This document shows positions 8,858 through 19,091 of a stretch of 64,000 nucleotides of DNA, in pieces. Location: assembly GCF_054482525.1 (NCBI RefSeq), contig NZ_JBTHVG010000004.1. One strand, written 5' to 3'. The notes below the pieces were generated by a model. That model was not told where the DNA came from. It searched no databases and was given only the letters and a program-made list of their open reading frames with translations. This DNA comes from a plasmid. Each line of letters opens with the position of its first letter. The stretch's first letter is position 1. Position numbers and translations under genes: made by a program.

Positions 8858-11560
8858 GTGAATGCAGTCATTCCGAAAAAGAGAAGGGACGGCAAGTCTT
8901 CGTTCGAAGACCTGGTATCCTACGTCTCTGTCCGGGATGACATGACCGATGAGGAACTGGATTTATCTTCTTCTTCGCAGGCTGAACAACCGCACCGAAG
9001 CCGTTTCAGTCGCCTTGTTGATTATGCGACACGTCTTCGAAATGAGTCATTCGTGGCGCTGGTTGATGTCATGAAGGACGGCTGCGAATGGGTCAACTTT
9101 TATGGTGTCACCTGCTTTCATAACTGTACTTCTCTTGAAACTGCCGCTGCAGATATGGAGTACATTGCCCGGCAGGCACACTATGCAAAAGATGACACTG
9201 ATCCTGTTTTTCACTACATCCTTTCCTGGCAGTCACATGAAAGCCCGCGTCCGGAACAGATTTATGACAGTGTACGTCATACGCTGAAATCACTCGGCCT
9301 TGCCGACCATCAGTATGTCTCTGCCGTGCATACTGATACAGATAATCTGCACGTCCATGTGGCTGTTAACCGGGTACACCCTGAAACGGGTTATCTGAAC
9401 CGGTTATCATGGAGTCAGGAAAAACTCAGTCGTGCCTGCCGTGAGCTTGAACTGAAGCATGGTTTTGCTCCGGATAACGGTTGCTGGGTCCATGCGCCGG
9501 GAAATCGTATCGTTCGCAAAACTGCCGTTGAACGTGATCGCCAGAACGCTTGGACACGCGGAAAAAAACAAACTTTTCGCGAGTATGTTGCGCAGACAGC
9601 GGTCGCTGGTTTACGCAGTGAACCTGTACATGACTGGTTATCCCTGCATCGTCGTCTTGCTGAAGATGGTTTGTACCTGTCTCAGATGGACGGAAAATTT
9701 CTGGTGATGGATGGCTGGGATCGCAACAGGGAAGGTGTACAGCTTGACTCGTTTGGTCCCTCCTGGTGTGCAGAAAAACTCATGAAAAAAATGGGTGACT
9801 ACACGCCAGTGCCAAAAGACATTTTCAGCCAGGTGGAAGCACCAGGACGCTATAATCCGGACTTCATTGCAGCTGATGTTCGCCCGGAAAAAATCGCTGA
9901 AACAGAAAGTCTGCAGCAGTATGCCTGTCGTCATCTTGGAGAACGTCTGCCGGAAATGGCACGGGAAGGACGGCTGGAAAACTGCCAGGCTATTCACCGC
10001 ACACTGGCTGAAGCGGGATTATGGATGCGTGTTCAGCATGGTCACCTGGTTATCTGTGACGGTTATGATCATAACCAGACTCCCGTTCGTGCTGACAGCG
10101 TATGGTCACTGCTGACGCTCGACAATGTGAATCAACTCGATGGTGGCTGGCAGCCTGTACCAACAGATATTTTCCGCCAGGTTACGCCAACAGAACGCTT
10201 CCGTGGTCGTCGTATGGAGAGCTGTCCTGCGACCGATAAAGAATGGCACCGTATGCGTACAGGTACGGGGCCGCAGGGGGCTATCAAACGCGAACTGTTT
10301 TCTGACAAAGAAAGTCTGTGGGGATACAGCATCAGCCATTGTAGCCCTCAGATTGAAGAAATGATCACACAGGGTGAGTTTACCTGGCAGCGTTGTCATG
10401 AGTTGTTTGCACAACAGGGACTGATGCTACAGAAACAACATCACGGGCTTGTTGTCGTTGATGCCTTTAATCATGAGCAAACGCCGGTGAAGGCCAGCAG
10501 CATTCATCCTGATCTGACTCTGGGGCGTGCAGAGCCACAGGCCGGACCTTTTGTGAGTGCCCCAGCAGATTTGTTTGACAGGGTGCAACCTGAAAGTCGC
10601 TATAACCCGGAGCTGGCTGTCAGTGACAGGTACGGGGTCAGCAGTAAACGTGACCCAATGCTGCGCCGGCAGCGACGTGAAGCCAGAGCTGAGGCCCGTG
10701 CTGACCTGCGTGCCCGCTATCTGGCATGGCGTGAACAATGGCGTAAACCAGATCTGCGTTATGGGGAACGTTGTCGGGAAATTCATCAGGCATGCCGTCT
10801 GCGGAAGTCACACATTCGTGCGCAGTACGATGATCCGGCATTACGTAAGCTGCATTATCACATTGCAGAAGTTCAGCGAATGCAGGCATTGATCAGGCTG
10901 AAAGAAGACATCAGGGATGAGCGGCAGAAACTTATTGCTGACGGGAAGTGGTATCCACCCTCTTACCGTCAGTGGGTCGAAATTCAGGCTGCTCAGGGAG
11001 ACAGGGCTGCTGTATCGCAGCTGAGAGGCTGGGATTATCGCGATCGCCGTAAAGATAAGTCACGCACAACGACAACAGACCGCTGTGTCGTGCTTTGTGA
11101 ACCGGGCGGAACGCCGGTATACGGTAATACCGGTGATCTCGAGGCCCGTTTGCAGAAGAACGGGAGTGTTCGTTTCCGTGACCGTCGGACGGGAGAGTTT
11201 GTCTGTACGGATTATGGTGACAGGGTTGTTTTCCGTAATCACCATGACCGCAATGCGCTGGCAGATAAACTGGATTTGATTGCACCGGTATTATTCGGGC
11301 GTGATCCACGCATGGGTTTTGAACCAGAAGGAAACGACAAACAATTTAACCAGGTCTTTGCTGAAATGGTTGCCTGGCATAATGTGACAGGCCGTACCGG
11401 TCACGAAGACTACAGGATTACGCGACCGGACGTGGATCATCACCGTGAAGGAAGTGAACGCTACTACCGCGATTATATCGCGGCGAACAGCAACGATGAC
11501 GCATCACTGCCTCCGCCGGAGCAGGATAAACTCTGGGAACCGCCTTCTCCGATGAGATGA
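8858..11560 (+). CDS. nikB: NikB relaxase (MOBP-type)
   Basis: 900 aa ORF after nikA; contains the histidine motif HVHVAVNRVHPETG; size matches R64 NikB. Confidence 0.9.
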   Translation: MNAVIPKKRRDGKSSFEDLVSYVSVRDDMTDEELDLSSSSQAEQPHRSRFSRLVDYATRLRNESFVALVDVMKDGCEWVNFYGVTCFHNCTSLETAAADMEYIARQAHYAKDDTDPVFHYILSWQSHESPRPEQIYDSVRHTLKSLGLADHQYVSAVHTDTDNLHVHVAVNRVHPETGYLNRLSWSQEKLSRACRELELKHGFAPDNGCWVHAPGNRIVRKTAVERDRQNAWTRGKKQTFREYVAQTAVAGLRSEPVHDWLSLHRRLAEDGLYLSQMDGKFLVMDGWDRNREGVQLDSFGPSWCAEKLMKKMGDYTPVPKDIFSQVEAPGRYNPDFIAADVRPEKIAETESLQQYACRHLGERLPEMAREGRLENCQAIHRTLAEAGLWMRVQHGHLVICDGYDHNQTPVRADSVWSLLTLDNVNQLDGGWQPVPTDIFRQVTPTERFRGRRMESCPATDKEWHRMRTGTGPQGAIKRELFSDKESLWGYSISHCSPQIEEMITQGEFTWQRCHELFAQQGLMLQKQHHGLVVVDAFNHEQTPVKASSIHPDLTLGRAEPQAGPFVSAPADLFDRVQPESRYNPELAVSDRYGVSSKRDPMLRRQRREARAEARADLRARYLAWREQWRKPDLRYGERCREIHQACRLRKSHIRAQYDDPALRKLHYHIAEVQRMQALIRLKEDIRDERQKLIADGKWYPPSYRQWVEIQAAQGDRAAVSQLRGWDYRDRRKDKSRTTTTDRCVVLCEPGGTPVYGNTGDLEARLQKNGSVRFRDRRTGEFVCTDYGDRVVFRNHHDRNALADKLDLIAPVLFGRDPRMGFEPEGNDKQFNQVFAEMVAWHNVTGRTGHEDYRITRPDVDHHREGSERYYRDYIAANSNDDASLPPPEQDKLWEPPSPMR

Positions 11561-11682
11561 CAGATGAAGCTTTATTAGTTTCGTTATAGAATGAAAAAAT
11601 CACCAATATTAAATATGGGTGTGGTGGTAAAAATAAATATGTTAGGCAATGTTAAGTAACTCTATTGACGGAATCATGTTTT

Positions 11683-12501
11683 ATGAGCACTAATCTTGCT
11701 TTTCGTTATGCAAGTGTTGAAACTTTTTTTAAAATGATTGAAAACCAAGAATTATGGTTTACCGATCTTCGGAATATGAATGATCCGGAAGAATACTCGG
11801 CTGGCTATGAAATAGTCAAGAGAATAATAAATGAGGAATTTCCAGATTGCATTAGACTATTAGAAGAAGTATCACCTAATAAGATAGACGAAAATTTTAA
11901 GATATTAATTTGTTGTTTCTGTTCTGATGGAGATCGTTCCAACATGTGGAGCGAGTATGGTGATAATGGCAAAGGCGTTGCTATTGGTTATGATAAGAAT
12001 ATTATAACCCAAAATCATATTTTGGCTCGGTTTGAAGAACATTTTCAACCTATTAGTGGTAGAGTTGTCTTTCATCCTGTTATCTATTCAGAAGAACTGT
12101 TTCGAGAATATGTAAGAAACGCATTGCATGATTATATTAATCGCTCAAGTTTAAATATTAAATATGCACGTGGCATACTTCATGCACATCTTATCAGACT
12201 ATGTTCATTATATAAGAGAGAGAGTTTTGAATGTGAAAATGAGGTCCGAGGACTTATTGAAGTAGATGAACGTACATTCCCACCATACAAACTTGAAAAA
12301 CGTAGTACTGATTACGGAATTGCGTATTATACTAAGGTGAAATTTACCTGTAACAATATTACGGCAATTAGAGAGATTGTGTTGGGGCCTTTATTTGAAC
12401 AATCTGATGAACAGCTTCGGTCAAAATTAGATGATCTAGGGTTAAAGAATATAAAAATTAGACGTTCCATATGTACCTACAATGATGTGGTTAATCTGTA
12501 A
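11683..12501 (+). CDS. AT-rich cargo gene, DUF2971-like protein (about 272 aa)
   Basis: Markedly AT-rich codon usage compared with flanking nikB/trbC; motifs FTDLRNMNDPEEY and CCFCSDGDRSNMWSEYGDNGKGVAIGY recalled as DUF2971-like (not searched); terminator follows. Confidence 0.6.
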   Translation: MSTNLAFRYASVETFFKMIENQELWFTDLRNMNDPEEYSAGYEIVKRIINEEFPDCIRLLEEVSPNKIDENFKILICCFCSDGDRSNMWSEYGDNGKGVAIGYDKNIITQNHILARFEEHFQPISGRVVFHPVIYSEELFREYVRNALHDYINRSSLNIKYARGILHAHLIRLCSLYKRESFECENEVRGLIEVDERTFPPYKLEKRSTDYGIAYYTKVKFTCNNITAIREIVLGPLFEQSDEQLRSKLDDLGLKNIKIRRSICTYNDVVNL

Positions 12502-12504
12502 TCT

Positions 12505-12540
12505 GAATGCTGGTATCTAGTACCAGCATTTTTAAATAGG
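12505..12540 (+). terminator. rho-independent terminator after the DUF2971-like gene
   Basis: atgctggtatctagtaccagcat hairpin followed by ttttaaa. Confidence 0.55.
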
Positions 12541-12573
12541 TTTTTTGCGGGAAGACCAAAGTATGGTCACAGT

Positions 12574-14865
12574 TCAGTACATTCCGTCCCAGTCCGGACG
12601 GTTGTTTTTTTTATGATGAAACCCGTTTACAGGACGCCCTGTCGGGTGGTTATTGTCCTGTGGAAGCGTTAACAGGTTTATACCGGCTCTTTCTGCTCTC
12701 ACTGATATCTGATTTTCCTCATTTGTTTCAGGTAGTTCTGGTCTGTTCAGTGTGATATAGCGAATTCGTCGCTCTTCCCGGGTGGTCGTTTTAAGCGTAT
12801 TCACCGCTGTTTCCCATAAGGCACTTTCACGTGCGTTGATATCCGTGTCGTACTCTTCCAGCATTGCCATAGCCGCCTGACGTCCTGCAATGCGTTGCTG
12901 GAATGTATCCACGATCGTGTGCGGCTCTGTGCGAATTTTTCGTCTTTTTCTGGAGGGTTTTGCAGTCAGGACGCCAATGATGGCACTGACATTTTCCGGT
13001 GACGGTATTCGACGTTGAGTAGTACGGGGAACAAGACGGCGGAGACGGTCCAGGCGTGGCGCATCCACGCTGATATACCTGTTTATAACAACGGGATCGC
13101 TGCTGCAGCTTTTCTCATCGTCAGGGATGAAGAATGATGCTGATGGTACGGTTTCTCCCCGGAAAATAGAAAAGAACTCGCCAGGATGAAGTTCAATCAA
13201 CTCCTGAACATTTATCTTGCTTTCCATCAGGATGCTGATTTGTGGGCTGTCAATCCATGATTCACCAAATATGCCGTCCTGACGCTGCAGGTTGTTCATC
13301 CTCGCCCTGGCTTCTTCACCGGCGGCGCTTTTCAGCGTTCTGGCCGTACTACCCTCGCTGACAATCCTGCCGGCAAATTTTGTCCCCGTGTTCTGCATCA
13401 GTGTTGCAGTATTCGTGGCTGTTGTCTGTCCTTCTATACGTTCCTGGTCCTGTGCCATCAAAATCAGAGCAAAATCCAGTGAACGCACCTGAGTGGCTTC
13501 CACAGCAATACGGTCCGTATAGTATGCCCCCACTTCATCAAGGAAACACAGATAAGGGAAACGCCCCTTATATTTTTTGACTTCCAGTGCATCGGAATCA
13601 GTTCCTTCGAGGCGGTAGCCCAAATCACGGGCGAGAATCATACTTTTCTGGGTGATAAACATTCGTCCAAGAGCAGACGTTGTATGCGCTGATGTATCCA
13701 GAGCGGGGATCATTACCATCAGAATCCTGTCGCTGTGAATGCTGTCACGGATATCGATATCACCGGAATCTTCAGCAAAAATATCCCCGAATGCTTCCGT
13801 GAATGTGCTGAAAGTTTCAGAAAACTGCCCGGAGAGATAAGCATGTTGTTTTCTGGGTTCTTCCGTCCAGGCTGATGGTGTCCTGACCAGCGACAGGTCG
13901 AAACCGGGAACGTCCTGAAGGTAGTTACGTAACGGTGCGATAGCTTCTTCCGGCCACTGATCATCGAGGCCACGACAGTAAAGTTTGGCCATCCCTTCGA
14001 GAGTCATATGTTCACGGAGCATCTGCAGCGACATTGTTTTGCCTTCGCGCACACACCAGAATTTAGTACCAAATACCAGTGCCTTATTCATGGCAATGGC
14101 CCGGGACTGCCACTCGCCCCCCTGGACGTTCTGGGGCAGCATTGACTGCATTGTCTCCGCTGTGAATGCCTCAGTGCTGTAACAGAAGGGATTCCAGGTA
14201 TTTGACTGAGGACGCGTTTTTTCACCACTCAGAATGATTTCACTGCGGGATTTTCCTCCGTTCATGAAGTTAATGACTTCCACATCGTCTTCACGTCCAA
14301 AGCGTCTGGCCAGATACCAGATCGTTCTTGCCGTATCATTCTGTGCCTTGCCATCGACAAGGGTGAATCCTCTTGCCCAGCAAAGTGGGTTAATCGCCCA
14401 GGCAAAGATGGTTTCCGTTTTACCGCCACCGGTGGTGGCGAAAAACATTATATGGCGGGTCAGATCGTCCATACTCAGCCATAACTCCCTGCCAATATCC
14501 CTGACGCGTTGATAACCAACATAGAATATGCCGCTGGCCGGTGATTCCAGAATGACCTCATACTGGAACAGGGTTGGCCAGAAGCTGAAAAGACTTCTTT
14601 TAATCATTCTGTCCTGTGACGGGTCAGCACATTCCAGCGTCATGGGCATACGAAGAGGGCAGCGCCATCGCTGCAGACTAAATACCAGCATTGTTATCAG
14701 TGTGAACAACAGACATGCCGGTAATGCAAGTGGCCAGATAAAACTGGCCACAAGACTTGCCACCAGGCAAAAGCCATAGATATTGAGACTCTGGAGTGCA
14801 TTCCAGACAGGATTTCCCCAGGCTGTACGGTGTAAAAGCTCGGGGTTAACGCGATGTTCACTCAT
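12574..14865 (-). CDS. trbC: TrbC, type IVB coupling ATPase (DotL/IcmO-like)
   Basis: 763 aa, N-terminal transmembrane segments, Walker A (TTGGGKTET); position after nikB as in R64. Confidence 0.8.
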   Translation of the reverse strand: MSEHRVNPELLHRTAWGNPVWNALQSLNIYGFCLVASLVASFIWPLALPACLLFTLITMLVFSLQRWRCPLRMPMTLECADPSQDRMIKRSLFSFWPTLFQYEVILESPASGIFYVGYQRVRDIGRELWLSMDDLTRHIMFFATTGGGKTETIFAWAINPLCWARGFTLVDGKAQNDTARTIWYLARRFGREDDVEVINFMNGGKSRSEIILSGEKTRPQSNTWNPFCYSTEAFTAETMQSMLPQNVQGGEWQSRAIAMNKALVFGTKFWCVREGKTMSLQMLREHMTLEGMAKLYCRGLDDQWPEEAIAPLRNYLQDVPGFDLSLVRTPSAWTEEPRKQHAYLSGQFSETFSTFTEAFGDIFAEDSGDIDIRDSIHSDRILMVMIPALDTSAHTTSALGRMFITQKSMILARDLGYRLEGTDSDALEVKKYKGRFPYLCFLDEVGAYYTDRIAVEATQVRSLDFALILMAQDQERIEGQTTATNTATLMQNTGTKFAGRIVSEGSTARTLKSAAGEEARARMNNLQRQDGIFGESWIDSPQISILMESKINVQELIELHPGEFFSIFRGETVPSASFFIPDDEKSCSSDPVVINRYISVDAPRLDRLRRLVPRTTQRRIPSPENVSAIIGVLTAKPSRKRRKIRTEPHTIVDTFQQRIAGRQAAMAMLEEYDTDINARESALWETAVNTLKTTTREERRIRYITLNRPELPETNEENQISVRAERAGINLLTLPQDNNHPTGRPVNGFHHKKNNRPDWDGMY

Positions 14866-15928
14866 GGCCAGACTCGCTGTCGGTGGTTTTCAGGAATAAA
14901 TTAAGCGTGCCAGTTTCCTGCAGAATTCCTGTAGGCAGATGCCAGCCGGTGTCGGACAGCACCCATGGGGTACCGGCAAATCCGAACTTACGGAAGGCGA
15001 CATTGTTAACATCAATCGCAGCTCTGGCTGCTTTCAGGCATGTTTCATCTGCAGGCGTTGTTTCTTCTGATGGCGTCATCATTCCGTTATCTGCGGAATA
15101 CAGTCGGTGCCAGCCGGCAGCACGTTTCTGAGCATCTTTTTCACACAGCAGTGGTGCCACACGGTCGGTGGATTCCTCTCCACCAATAACTGAAACCGGG
15201 TAGATAACGACATTGAAGTCGCTGGCCAGGCGTTTTAAGGCCGGCTCCAGAAGTCTGCAGTTAGGACAGGCAGGATCGAGAAATGCGAACAGGGTTCGTT
15301 CATGACCGGATGACAGGTTGATGGTAAACATGCCCCGATCGGCGTTCCGCTTCAGAACAGTAGCCAGATTATGTCGCGCAGCTGCGGCTTCCGGATTTTT
15401 GCTTGTGATTGTTTTCTCCGGGACCTGGACGTCTTTTTTCGGGGGAACCGGGAGTTGAATGCCTTCATTTAATGGCACAGTGTGATTCAGGTGAGGGGGT
15501 AGCAGTCGTGGCTCACCTGCTGTCTGTACTGCTTCAGGCGTTGTATCATCCCAGAATACACGATCAACATAGCGGAACAGAGAGAAGCCAATCGTTGCCA
15601 TTACGAACAGCACAACGCTGGCGATTATGCCACGGAACAAAGGTGTTCTGCTGAAGCGGCGTTCCATCAGATATTCAAGGCGCAGGCAGGAATCAATAGC
15701 TGTAAGTATCTGGTCAGCGTTATGCTCCTGTTTATCAATCAGGACGGTTTCTCTGTTACGGGTGCCCATGGCGTCAAAGGCTATATGAATCAGTTGATTA
15801 TTTCGTGTTACCAGCCCTGACAGGGCATCCCGTGGAAGGACAGCAATAATTTCTGTCCTGCCATCCGGCCAGATTGCCTGCACGGAAATATGTTTTGCAA
15901 TGCGTGTTGCAAAGTACTCGATTGTCAT
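14858..15928 (-). CDS. trbB: TrbB, thioredoxin-fold disulfide isomerase-like protein
   Basis: 356 aa with a CPNC thiol-disulfide motif; overlaps the trbC start. Confidence 0.75.
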   Translation of the reverse strand: MTIEYFATRIAKHISVQAIWPDGRTEIIAVLPRDALSGLVTRNNQLIHIAFDAMGTRNRETVLIDKQEHNADQILTAIDSCLRLEYLMERRFSRTPLFRGIIASVVLFVMATIGFSLFRYVDRVFWDDTTPEAVQTAGEPRLLPPHLNHTVPLNEGIQLPVPPKKDVQVPEKTITSKNPEAAAARHNLATVLKRNADRGMFTINLSSGHERTLFAFLDPACPNCRLLEPALKRLASDFNVVIYPVSVIGGEESTDRVAPLLCEKDAQKRAAGWHRLYSADNGMMTPSEETTPADETCLKAARAAIDVNNVAFRKFGFAGTPWVLSDTGWHLPTGILQETGTLNLFLKTTDSESGHE

Positions 15929-15946
15929 TTTCAGTTCTCCGGATAA

Positions 15947-17155
15947 TCAGAATTCGTTGTCTGTAGCAGGTGTGCGGGGCAGGATGTCGTCGGTGAGGGA
16001 CCAGTTGGTCAGGATGCGGCGTTTCCGGTCGCGATCTGGTTGTGGTTCATCCCAGATAAGACCGAGACTGAGCATATCCCGCCGTAAGCCTTCCACCGCT
16101 TCATCAACACAGGGTTCAGGGCAGGGAAGACCAAAACGCATGGCTTCGGCCTCTGCACGTGCAACGGCCACCACGCCAGCGCCTTCAATAAATCCTTTCG
16201 TGGTATTGGCGCGGTGTAATGCATAAAACAGCGTTCTGTCCACGCCTTTCAGCCAAATCCAGTTGGGTGGCGTAAGCCGCAGGTCATGTGCATACAGCCA
16301 GACCAGCCCACTGCGGACGTAGCGATGTTGTTTCAGCCATTGCTGTGCTCCGTTGCTTTTAATCACTCTCTGGAAAGCTGATTTGGCCAGTGAATAAACA
16401 GGGGTACAGAATTTCCCGCTGTCCCGTTTGCTTTTAATTCTGCATGAGAGGTTCAGTGTATCCATGAGCTTTAATGCTGCCTTCCGATCATCCAGGAAAT
16501 ACTGAAGGCCAAATATGGCAAAGAGCGCTTTTTCATGTGGTGCCATGTCTTTCCAGGACGTTAAAGGTTTACCCAACTGGGCCATGAAACATCGTCTTGC
16601 AGCTGCAACATCGAGCTGCATATTGGTGATGAGAGTATGCTGTTCGACAAATGCTTCCGGGGTGAGAGCAACCCGCCGTTCAGGTCGTTTACCACCATGA
16701 AAGAGTTTTTTCGGATCACCATCTGCCAGTACAGGGGCGATAGCAGGGGATAACGAAGCAAAGATGTGTGGCAGTCGGGTAATATCTACTGGTCTGCGGG
16801 TGAAACGGCTTTGTCCCGGATGTTGATACCATTCCCACAAACACCAGAGTGTCACAGGTAAGAGGTACATCCACAGAATACCTATGGTCTGTTCCATGAC
16901 GTTAACCCACTGGCTATAGCTTATGTTGGCGGCGTTGTTACCGGTCATGGCAAGCAGGTTGTATCGTGGTGCTGCATAGTTATGAAATGGTCCCCAGTCG
17001 ACCAGTCCCCATAAGGTATGAAGAATCAGGCAGCTGGTGTAAACCACTTCCGGCAAGAATAACCATATGACGAATAGCAGCAGGATAAGAAGGACACCAA
17101 CAGCGCCCCATATCTGCATAGGATCTTCTGCGACAGGCTGTCGATTGTAAGACAT
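15947..17155 (-). CDS. trbA: TrbA, membrane protein (DotM/IcmP-like)
   Basis: 402 aa hydrophobic N-terminus; operon position upstream of trbB. Confidence 0.75.
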   Translation of the reverse strand: MSYNRQPVAEDPMQIWGAVGVLLILLLFVIWLFLPEVVYTSCLILHTLWGLVDWGPFHNYAAPRYNLLAMTGNNAANISYSQWVNVMEQTIGILWMYLLPVTLWCLWEWYQHPGQSRFTRRPVDITRLPHIFASLSPAIAPVLADGDPKKLFHGGKRPERRVALTPEAFVEQHTLITNMQLDVAAARRCFMAQLGKPLTSWKDMAPHEKALFAIFGLQYFLDDRKAALKLMDTLNLSCRIKSKRDSGKFCTPVYSLAKSAFQRVIKSNGAQQWLKQHRYVRSGLVWLYAHDLRLTPPNWIWLKGVDRTLFYALHRANTTKGFIEGAGVVAVARAEAEAMRFGLPCPEPCVDEAVEGLRRDMLSLGLIWDEPQPDRDRKRRILTNWSLTDDILPRTPATDNEF

Positions 17156-17252
17156 GACAAAGTCTCCATTTCTGGAATTTAAATCAAACGGAAAGGTTAA
17201 AAATTTATTTGCAGGCGATAAGAGCTAACCAGAGGAATTAGCCGTGTGATAA

Positions 17253-17420
17253 AAGGATTGTTGCAGATACGAAAGTCGTTAGAATAGCCGCGGACGCTTG
17301 AGGCTGTATGCCGAAAGCGTTTTGTGGATGGTATACAGCAGAAAGCCCCCTGGAGATTTTTTATCAATCAACCAGGGGCTCTACTGTAATGCCTAGACAA
17401 CATTATAGTAGCCTGATAAT
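17253..17420 (+). repeat. partial duplicate of the pnd leader region (no toxin ORF)
   Basis: About 170 bp that matches 18672..18845 with roughly ten differences by eye, then diverges just before the position of the pndA start. Confidence 0.6.
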
Positions 17421-17461
17421 TTAGATATGTGTACATCCTACCGGAAAAGATACTTTTCAGG

Positions 17462-18553
17462 TCATTTATCAATGGGTGTTATTACCACCGGTAGTTTGTT
17501 TACGTCTTCTAAATTAACTGGTACCGGAGGTAACCATATTAATCTAGGTTTACGCTCATGGGCTAGTTCTGGTTTCTTACTTCCTGTCCAGTATGTATGC
17601 CAGTGTCCCCGGCGTATATGAGGACGTTTGCTACCTATTGTTGTCCGCTCTTTCCCTGTGGGTTCTGCTTGGCGATATTGCCGTATGGCTTGCCCCATTC
17701 GAATACCAACGTCCCACTCCCGAATGTTTTGTGCTGGTAGTTCATGGTGAGTGTGAACATGCTTTTTGTGCTTTTCTGACCGTTTAAATTGATTTTTTTC
17801 TTTTATATCATTGATCTGTGAACAGATATAAAGCACCATTGATATCTGTGCGTTAAGAAGATTAAACTCCCTGTCTCTGAAATCTTTGAGCTTTTCGTTA
17901 ACTGTTACGACGACTTCACCATCGATACACTCCATCTTTCTGGAGTCAAGAAGTCCTTCACGAGAGTCCTTTATTCTGATGATATTATTGACGACGTCAA
18001 CATCCTTTTCTTTTAGCCCTGTAGTTCCTTGACTTTGTTTCAGATCATCAATAATGAAAAGCCGGATAATATTTCCATTATTGTCCAAAAATGGATAAAA
18101 GAAAAATCCATGTATCGGATAGGACGTAGGAAGTATAGTATGCAGATTTTCGGCTGAAACATAGATACTCCATGAAGGGAGTTCCTTGAGGATCTGTGCA
18201 GGAATGTTATCAACATAGGTGTTAGCCACATCACTGATGATGTCCTCGCTTAGGCGATAAATTTTCTTTGTATAGCGCCAGTATATAAAACACAAAATAC
18301 TGTGTGGTGACGATAATTCGTTTCCATGAAATAAAGATTCTAGTTTAGAAGCCAGTTCTTCATTTTTTTGTTGGCTCTGGAGACGACTCATTAGTATGCG
18401 TTCTTCATCTTTTCTGTCGATAAATAATAATGGATTGTCGCTGCGTTTTTTATTTCGGCATGCAAAGATTTGCTCTTCAAGCCCAGGGATTGTGTTGATG
18501 ACTTTTTTTATCTTTTTCAGGAAAATAGGTTGTTTTAACTGCGACATTTCCAT
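17462..18553 (-). CDS. AT-rich cargo gene, 363 aa protein of unknown function
   Basis: Clean ORF with AT-rich codon usage unlike neighbouring trbA; basic His/Trp-rich C-terminal block (RPHIRRGHWHTYWTGSKKPE...RKPRLIWLPPVP); lies between the two pnd-leader copies. Confidence 0.65.
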   Translation of the reverse strand: MEMSQLKQPIFLKKIKKVINTIPGLEEQIFACRNKKRSDNPLLFIDRKDEERILMSRLQSQQKNEELASKLESLFHGNELSSPHSILCFIYWRYTKKIYRLSEDIISDVANTYVDNIPAQILKELPSWSIYVSAENLHTILPTSYPIHGFFFYPFLDNNGNIIRLFIIDDLKQSQGTTGLKEKDVDVVNNIIRIKDSREGLLDSRKMECIDGEVVVTVNEKLKDFRDREFNLLNAQISMVLYICSQINDIKEKNQFKRSEKHKKHVHTHHELPAQNIREWDVGIRMGQAIRQYRQAEPTGKERTTIGSKRPHIRRGHWHTYWTGSKKPELAHERKPRLIWLPPVPVNLEDVNKLPVVITPIDK

Positions 18554-18671
18554 CTCCTAAGGGGATTCTTTTATTAACTAAAATCAGCATAACATGCGTT
18601 GTTGTGAAGTAGAGAACCATGTATTGGGTTGGTTGTTAACTTCAAAAACAACGCTGAATCATTCAAATAAT

Positions 18672-18864
18672 AAAAGGATTGTTACAGATACGAAAGTCGT
18701 TAGAATAGCTGCGGGCGCTTGAGGCTGTATGCCGAAAGCGTTTTGTGGACGGTATACAGCAGAAAGCCCCTGGAGATTTTTTTATCAATCAACCAAGGGC
18801 TCTACTGTAATGCCTCAACAACATTATAGTAGCCCGATAACCGCCGGAAGGCAATGGAGGGGCT
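18672..18864 (+). promoter_or_regulatory. pnd leader region (mok/pndC-like overlapping frame and probable antisense RNA pndB)
   Basis: Conserved leader directly upstream of pndA; in hok/sok-type loci this region carries the antisense RNA and the translational-coupling ORF. RNA ends were not mapped. Confidence 0.45.
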
Positions 18865-18867
18865 ATG

Positions 18868-19020
18868 ATGCCACAGCGAACGTTTTTAATGATGTTAATC
18901 GTCGTCTGTGTGACGATTCTGTGTTTTGTCTGGATGGTGAGGGATTCGCTTTGCGGACTCCGGCTCCAGCAGGGAAACACAGTGCTTGTGGCAACGTTAG
19001 CCTACGAAGTTAAACGTTAA
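18868..19020 (+). CDS. pndA: PndA, Hok-family type I toxin
   Basis: 50 aa hydrophobic peptide MPQRTFLMMLIVVCVTILCFVWMVRDSLCGLRLQQGNTVLVATLAYEVKR, typical of Hok/SrnB/PndA; not in the ORF track because it is under 60 aa. Confidence 0.8.
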   Translation: MPQRTFLMMLIVVCVTILCFVWMVRDSLCGLRLQQGNTVLVATLAYEVKR

Positions 19021-19091
19021 CGGGCAACACGGCGGCAGGTTTTCTGCCGCCGCTTTGTTGCGAAGGCTGACCTCATTGCGCCCTTTCTTCT

